Source of the DNA: Acidobacteriota bacterium
GTDB taxonomy: Bacteria; Acidobacteriota; UBA890; WLXD01
Reading direction: 5' to 3'
Length of the DNA stretch: 64,000 nt
Assembly (NCBI GenBank): GCA_963666055.2
Contig: CAXWPH010000015.1
Span: 992,001 to 1,056,000 of the forward strand
Notes under the pieces: model-generated
Told to the model about the DNA's origin: nothing
What the model saw: only the letters and a program-made list of their open reading frames with translations
Databases searched by the model: none
Part shown: positions 58,074-64,000 of the stretch, piece by piece
Numbering within the stretch: position 1 is the first letter of the stretch
Layout: every line of letters starts with the position of its first letter
Made by a program: the position numbers and the translations under genes

Positions 58074-60773
58074 TTGCGGGAGACTCCTCGATCGACGAGC
58101 GATGTGCAGGTGCATGCAGTTACGGAAACCAACGAAACGCGGCCGGGACTCGGCGCGGCCATGCGCAGGGCGCTGACGCTCGCGGCCGTCTGCGTGATGC
58201 TTGCCAGCACGGCCGGCGCCGCGGAACAGGAAGGCGCCGAGCAAGAACGTCGCCGCCGGCAAATTCCGGTCCGGATGGTCCGTCCAGGCGAGTCGGCGAA
58301 GTCGGTGCGGCCGGCGCCGGGTCGCAACATCCCGGTCCGAATGGTCCGATCCGGTGAGACCGGCCCGGTGGCGTTGCCGTCGGCCCCGCCGCGGTCGGTG
58401 TCCGATGCACCGAGCCCGAACCCGGATGGATCCAACGCCGTCGAATCGGTGCCCTTACCTTCCGCCGAGGCTCCCCCTGCCTTCCCGCCGGCAGACAACA
58501 CGACGTTGCCAGGTACCGAAGCCCCGACATTGCCGGAAAGCGAAGCTCCGATGCTACCAGCCACCGAAGCTCCGACGCCGATGCCCGCTGCCGGCGCCGC
58601 CAGCGCCGCAGCTCCGCGAACCGACGCCGCGGCGGGTTCGGGATCCGCGGCTGACCTGGGCGGCAAAGTCTCTTTCGCGACATGGACGGACAGGCCCCCG
58701 ATGCTCGATGGGCGGATCGACGACGGGGAATGGGCGCTGGCCGAGGTCGTGAGCGACTTCGTGCAGAAGGAGCCCAACAACGGAGCGGCGCCGACGAAGC
58801 GCACCGAGGTGTACGTCCTGTACGACGAGGACACCCTCTACTTCGGGTGGATCAACTACGACGATGAGCCCGAGAATATCGGCGCTTCGGTGATGCGCCG
58901 CGACGAATTCCACTCCGGGGATGACTGGGTGGCGGTCTACATCGACACGTTCCACGACCATCGCAACCAACTCGGCTTCGAGGTCAACCCGCTCGGCGCC
59001 AAGTTCGACTACACCATTCGTGACGAGAGTCAGCTCAACACGGCCTGGGACGAGAACTGGGAAGCTGCGGCGAGCATCACCGAGCGCGGCTGGGAAGCCG
59101 AAATGGCCATCCCGTTCGCGGCGCTCCGGTTCAACCCTGGAAGCGATGTTTGGGGAATCGAATACGAGCGCGAGGTAATCCATAACCAAGAGCGCATCAA
59201 CTGGAACAACACCAGCCGCGACTACAACTTTCTCGCCGTATCACAGTACGGCCATCTGCTCGGGCTGCAGAACGTGGGGCTCACGGGTCGGTTCCGTCTC
59301 AAGCCGTTCGTTACCGGCGCCTACGACTCCTTCCAGCAGCGTGACGACCCGCTCACTGACACCAGGACCGAGATCGGCATCGAGGTCTTCAAGGTACAGC
59401 TGACCCCCAGCCTCACAGCCAACCTGACGGCGAACACCGACTTCGCCGAGGTCGAGGCCGACACCCAGCAGGTGAACCTGACGCGCTTCTCGCTGTTCTT
59501 TCCCGAGCAACGCGAGTTCTTCCTCGAGTCGGCGAACAACTTCACCTTCGGTACCCTGCCGCGGCGAGCGTCGGGTGAGGGTGAGGGTTTCGGCTTCCAG
59601 CGACAGCCGCCGCTGGCGCTGCTGTTCTTCTCGCGGCGGATCGGTTTGGGGCCGGAAGGGCAACCGGTTCCGATCCGCTTCGGCGGCAAGCTGACCGGGA
59701 AGATCGGCAACGGCAACCTCGGCTTCGTTAACGTGCAGACCGGAGACTCGCAGTTCGGCGTCGCCCAGAACTTCGCCGCCCTTCGCTGGAAACAGCCCGT
59801 CTTCGGTCGATCCAGTGTCGGCGCGCTGGTCACCAACGTTCAGGGGCCCGACGGCCAGTACAATCGCGTCTTCGGCGTGGACATCGACTTCACGCTCTTC
59901 GACCACCTGTTCCTGACGGGGTTCGTGGCCGGCGGCCAGGACAACGACGTCGACGGCACCTCGTGGGTCGGGCAGCTCAGCGCCGGATGGGACACCGAAG
60001 AATGGTCGCTCGGCGCCGATGTCACGTACGTAGCCGACGACTTCGATACCGATCTCGGCTTCGTCTTGCGGCGGGACATCGTGCGCACCAGCAGCCAGGG
60101 GCGCTGGTCGATACGCCCGAGCTGGCCGCTGTTGCGGCGCGTTTCGTTCAACCCCTCGCTGGAACGCATCACCGATACCAGCGGGCGATTGGTATCCCGG
60201 TTGAGTAGCTTGAGCACGCGGTTGGATCTCGAGTCTTCGGACACGGTTCGTTTCCGCATCAACCGCAACTACGAGGTGCTGGACTTCGATTTTCCCATCG
60301 ACGAAAACGTGTCAATTCCCATCGGCGACTACTCGTGGACCGACGGTGAGATCTCGCTGCGCACTGCCCCGCGACGCGCGCTGAGCGGCAACCTGACCTT
60401 CAACCTCGGCGAGTTCTACGACGGCACACGCCTCGGGGTCGGTGGGGGGCCCAGCTTCCGCTTCAGCGACCGCTTCACCCTGCGCCCGCAGTACAACTTC
60501 AACCGCATCGACCTACCGGGGGGCAGCTTCAACACGCACCTGGTACGGCTGCGCGCCAACCTGTCGTTCTCGAACCGCCTGCTGTTCGACTCGCTGCTGC
60601 AGCACAGCAGCGTCACCGACCAGCTATCGGCGTTCGCTCGGCTGCGCTACATCTATCGCACCGGCGACGACTTCTACCTGGTGTACCGGCAGTCGACCGC
60701 GTTCAGCGGGCTGTTCGACCGCCTGGATGACCGCACGCTGACGGCGAAGTTCACCTTCACGATGCAGCGCTAG
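58074..60773 (+). CDS. CBM9-like / DUF5916 outer-membrane protein with Pro-rich repetitive N-terminus; start uncertain
   Basis: LDGRIDDGEW, GWEAEMAIPF, NTDFAEVEAD, NLTRFSLFFPEQREFFLE, FFSRRIG; barrel-type C-terminus. Confidence 0.85.
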   Translation: MRETPRSTSDVQVHAVTETNETRPGLGAAMRRALTLAAVCVMLASTAGAAEQEGAEQERRRRQIPVRMVRPGESAKSVRPAPGRNIPVRMVRSGETGPVALPSAPPRSVSDAPSPNPDGSNAVESVPLPSAEAPPAFPPADNTTLPGTEAPTLPESEAPMLPATEAPTPMPAAGAASAAAPRTDAAAGSGSAADLGGKVSFATWTDRPPMLDGRIDDGEWALAEVVSDFVQKEPNNGAAPTKRTEVYVLYDEDTLYFGWINYDDEPENIGASVMRRDEFHSGDDWVAVYIDTFHDHRNQLGFEVNPLGAKFDYTIRDESQLNTAWDENWEAAASITERGWEAEMAIPFAALRFNPGSDVWGIEYEREVIHNQERINWNNTSRDYNFLAVSQYGHLLGLQNVGLTGRFRLKPFVTGAYDSFQQRDDPLTDTRTEIGIEVFKVQLTPSLTANLTANTDFAEVEADTQQVNLTRFSLFFPEQREFFLESANNFTFGTLPRRASGEGEGFGFQRQPPLALLFFSRRIGLGPEGQPVPIRFGGKLTGKIGNGNLGFVNVQTGDSQFGVAQNFAALRWKQPVFGRSSVGALVTNVQGPDGQYNRVFGVDIDFTLFDHLFLTGFVAGGQDNDVDGTSWVGQLSAGWDTEEWSLGADVTYVADDFDTDLGFVLRRDIVRTSSQGRWSIRPSWPLLRRVSFNPSLERITDTSGRLVSRLSSLSTRLDLESSDTVRFRINRNYEVLDFDFPIDENVSIPIGDYSWTDGEISLRTAPRRALSGNLTFNLGEFYDGTRLGVGGGPSFRFSDRFTLRPQYNFNRIDLPGGSFNTHLVRLRANLSFSNRLLFDSLLQHSSVTDQLSAFARLRYIYRTGDDFYLVYRQSTAFSGLFDRLDDRTLTAKFTFTMQR

Positions 60774-60918
60774 CTTCGATCTCACCGCGCTGGTGGCGAG
60801 ACGGTCGGAAATAGGGTGTGGAGGTGGGTGAGCGTGCGTAGGCGCTCATGAGCGCGCACTCCGGGTGCACTCGGGTCGCTGTCGGGGGTGGGATCCATTG
60901 GCAATATGGAGTTCGGGA

Positions 60919-61461
60919 TTACTCAACTGAGAAGACTGTCGATTGCTTGACGACTAGCCGCCAATGACCGTCCTCGTTGCGGTAAATGTTGGTAAATCGT
61001 CGATGAAGCGTGGTCCCAGGGCCCCAAGGATTCCCTTCCGGAACCGAGTCCACGACAGTGGACTCGGTGCCCATGATCACGACAAGATCGCCTACTTCAT
61101 CGGCATAGTCGATCGTCGTATTGATCGAGCGGTAGACGACCTGACCACTTGCGAACAGGGTCAGGAGGTCATCTCGATGCCGAATCCTGTTGCCAGGATC
61201 GTTTACGACTAGGTCCCGGGACAGCAGCTCATCAAACACGGCAAGATCGCTTGTCCGAGCCGCTGCCACTAGCCGTTCGTTTACCGCCAATACCTCGGCT
61301 ACAGCCGGTGCGCTACCGATCTCTTTCGTGTCTTGCTGCGCTTGAGCGAGTCCCACGCCAAGAAACGCGAGGCTCGTCGCCGCGACTATTCGCACTCTCA
61401 AGAGACAGCCCTCCGATCGTTCGACTAACTCGTATTTCGATCGCACGTGTCGAGGCTCCAT
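60919..61461 (-). CDS. DUF4440 / NTF2-like protein, possible gene cassette
   Basis: LVVIMGTE, RRFTNIY....G.WRLVVKQ; preceded on the minus strand by R'-like GATTCCATTGC-GTTGACC. Confidence 0.8.
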   Translation of the reverse strand: MEPRHVRSKYELVERSEGCLLRVRIVAATSLAFLGVGLAQAQQDTKEIGSAPAVAEVLAVNERLVAAARTSDLAVFDELLSRDLVVNDPGNRIRHRDDLLTLFASGQVVYRSINTTIDYADEVGDLVVIMGTESTVVDSVPEGNPWGPGTTLHRRFTNIYRNEDGHWRLVVKQSTVFSVE

Positions 61462-61615
61462 AGTTGCCGACCCGTGCGGTCAACGCAATGGAATCGCACC
61501 CGGCGGCCGGGCTGGTGTCGAGCTACTTGCCGGCGCGCCCGCTGGGGCTCGCAGTGCGCTCTCCCGGATGCTGACGTTGGATCTCGCACGCTCTGGCGAT
61601 AGGCTTGGATCAACA

Positions 61616-62262
61616 GCTACGGGATGATGAACGAGCCGCCCGCAGCGCTGGAGGGTCGTTCGCTCTCGCCGCTGCGGCCCGCGTCCTTGCGAACGGGCGA
61701 CGTGGTGCTGCAGCCCGGTGAGCACCCGTTCCCGTCCAGGTTCGCTACCCGCACCCCGTGGCTCCTGATCGAGCCCGCGATCTACCTTGAGGCGCTGATG
61801 CGCGACGTTCTCCTGTTCGGCGGCCGCATCGTGATTCGCCAGTTCGCGACGTCGCGAGATCTGATGTCGCTGCGCGAGTCGCTCATCGTCAACTGCACGG
61901 GGCTCGGGGCGCGCGAGCTCTTCAAGGACGACGATCTAATCCCGGTCAAAGGTCAGCTCACCATGCTTGTTCCTCAGCCCGATATCAATTATGCGACGTC
62001 CGGTGGCGTGCCCGGCAGCCTCAACGCGCGCAGCGGGTTCATCCACATGGCGCCGCGCAGCGACGGCATCGCGCTTGGTGGCACGGCCGAACAGGGCGTC
62101 TGGGATCTCGAGCCGAACGAGTCGGCGCTGCGTCGGATCGTCGAGAGCCACATCGAGCTGTTCGAGGCGATGCGAACGCCGAGCTCCATGACAATCCCGC
62201 GGCGTTCGTCGGCGCCTGCCGCGGTTCCGTCGCTCGAAAGCTTCTACGATCTCGAGTCCTAG
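61616..62262 (+). pseudogene. 5'-truncated duplicate of the D-amino-acid oxidase gene
   Basis: Nearly identical to ~51345-51991, including downstream CTAGCAGG..GGGATGAAGGTGTGCTCGG; lacks signal peptide and FAD-binding motifs. Confidence 0.92.
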
Positions 62263-62404
62263 CAGGACGGGATGAAGGTGTGCTCGGGCAATCAGACAAC
62301 CTCGTAGACCTGATCCGGGACGGAGACACTACCGGGCTGCCTACGTTGGATCTCGTCTCCTGTGGCTGTAGGCTTCACGCGCTCCCACCCCCACCGGTAG
62401 CGCC

Positions 62405-64000
62405 ATGAAACCCGGCACCAAACTAGGCCACTACGAGATCCTTGCTCCACTCGGTGCAGGCGGAATGGGCGAGGTGTATCGAGCCCGCGATTCCAACCTG
62501 GATCGTGATGTCGCCATCAAGGTGCTGCCGGACGACTTCGCCACCGACGCTGATCGGTTAGCCCGATTCGAGCGCGAGGCGAAGGCCCTCGCGGCGCTCG
62601 ATCATCCCAACATCGTGACGATTCACTCTTTCGAGGAGATCGATGGGATCAGGTTTCTCGCTATGCAGTTGGTGGAGGGAGACACCCTCGCGGATCTGGT
62701 GCCGGCGCAGGGGTTCTCGCTTGCTAGATTCATGGAGTTGTCGATCCCCGTGGTCGACGCGGTTGGTGCGGCGCACGAGAAAGGCATCACGCACCGCGAT
62801 CTGAAGCCCACCAACATCATGGTCGGATCCGACGGCAGGGTTCGGGTGCTCGACTTCGGGCTCGCGCGGCTGAGTCGCGCAAGTACGGAGGATGAGGATG
62901 CGAGCCAGGCCGCCACGACCCTGGTGACGGTGGCCGGGAAGGTGTTGGGAACCACGGCGTACATGTCACCCGAGCAGGCCGCGGGCGGTTTGCTCGATCA
63001 CCGGTCGGACATCTTCTCGCTCGGGATCCTGTTCTACGAGATGCTCACTGGCAGGCGCCCGTTCGGCGGTGATACGCGCGCCGAGGTGATCACCTCCATC
63101 ATTCGCGACACCCCGCCTTCGCTGACCGAGTCGCACCCGATGTTGCCCGGACGGGTTGCCGAGATCATCGAGCGCGCGCTCGCGAAGGATCCCGACGACC
63201 GTCCTTCGACGAGAGAGTTAAAAGCCGAATTCGAGGCACTTCGCGGGGATGGTGTCGCCTGGCAGGGCGACACCGGTCGCGCCGAGCCGCACGCGAATGC
63301 AAAGGTGGCGTCTCGGAGTCGCATGGGGCGCCTCGTCGCCACCGGGGTTCTGGGGGTGGTCGTCCTGTCGGTGAGTTACTGGGCGTGGCAAGCGCGATCG
63401 GGATCCGCATCGATCGATGTGGAGTCACTCTCGGCCGTGTCCGCGGCACGATCCGCGTACCTGCGTGGACTGGAGTTCAAGGGGGCCATTCAACCCTCAA
63501 GCTGCGTCGAGCAGATGGAGCGGGCGGTGGAGGTCGATCCCGACTTCGTGGTTGCCCACTACCATCTGTCGATCAGCGCCTCGTGGGATGGGCAGCAGGA
63601 CTTGGCGATCGAGCACGCCCGGCGCGCCAACGTTCTCCTGGATCTTGCCCCCGAACAGTTTCGTGCCGTGATCCAGAGCAACTTCTTCTTCGTCAACGAG
63701 ATGTACTCGGAGGCAGTCCCACAGGCCGAGGCGGCGCTTCAGGCGGATCCGGACAACGTCGATCTCTTGTACTTCCTCAACGAATTCGCCGTTCACCAGG
63801 CGCGCGACCCTGACATGCAAAGGGGTGCCGCCTACCTGAGACGTCTGATCGAGTTGGAGCCCGAATACCCGGTGGCGAACTTCGAGTTCCCCTGGGTACT
63901 TGGCTTGACGGGCAATGTCGCCGCGGGTCGCGCCGAGGTCGCGCGCCTCGAAGCGGCCGCCCCCCGTGCTCATGGGCGAATCCCTGGCCATGCTCGACGC
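62405..64000 (+). CDS. Ser/Thr kinase with TM helix and TPR-like region (runs off window end)
   Basis: Manual translation: MKPGTKLGHYEILAPLGAGGMGEVY, HRDLKPTN, DFGLAR, AYMSPEQ, TM LVATGVLGVVVLSVSYWAW; open to the end of the window. Confidence 0.92.
   Translation, partial: MKPGTKLGHYEILAPLGAGGMGEVYRARDSNLDRDVAIKVLPDDFATDADRLARFEREAKALAALDHPNIVTIHSFEEIDGIRFLAMQLVEGDTLADLVPAQGFSLARFMELSIPVVDAVGAAHEKGITHRDLKPTNIMVGSDGRVRVLDFGLARLSRASTEDEDASQAATTLVTVAGKVLGTTAYMSPEQAAGGLLDHRSDIFSLGILFYEMLTGRRPFGGDTRAEVITSIIRDTPPSLTESHPMLPGRVAEIIERALAKDPDDRPSTRELKAEFEALRGDGVAWQGDTGRAEPHANAKVASRSRMGRLVATGVLGVVVLSVSYWAWQARSGSASIDVESLSAVSAARSAYLRGLEFKGAIQPSSCVEQMERAVEVDPDFVVAHYHLSISASWDGQQDLAIEHARRANVLLDLAPEQFRAVIQSNFFFVNEMYSEAVPQAEAALQADPDNVDLLYFLNEFAVHQARDPDMQRGAAYLRRLIELEPEYPVANFEFPWVLGLTGNVAAGRAEVARLEAAAPRAHGRIPGHARR

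Noticed and set aside
50744-62262. DAO duplicate or kinase tails as DGR template/variable repeats
   Set aside because: No reverse transcriptase in the window and differences are not adenine-specific.

Overview
GC-rich bacterial DNA, most likely Acidobacteriota (inferred from a PadR + ADOP permease pair, expanded Ser/Thr kinase-PD40/TPR genes and an M14 peptidase). The left part (1-36.9 kb) is intact and gene-dense. It contains mutY, tyrA, a D-aminoacylase, and a 2902-aa polypeptide that fuses FixC/ETF-QO, a 4Fe-4S module, two acyl-CoA dehydrogenase modules, ETF-beta and ETF-alpha. It also has a PlpD-like patatin autotransporter and tRNA-Gln(CTG). A putative ceramide locus (SPT, bCerS-like GNAT, SDR) sits in one run with TolC and MlaC-like genes, opposite an MMPL transporter. 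Two selenoprotein candidates missed or split by the ORF track are present: a UxxC glutaredoxin and an OsmC. The right part (36.9-64 kb) is a rearranged accessory region. It holds integron attC-like sites in front of cassette-type genes (no integrase seen), six copies of a kinase-PD40 3' tail, and a 2.8-kb inversion that splits a kinase gene reconstructable in frame. IS3 and IS6 remnants, duplicated non-coding blocks and exported amino-acid/amine catabolic enzymes are also there. All calls come from motif reading and manual alignment; no database search was run.
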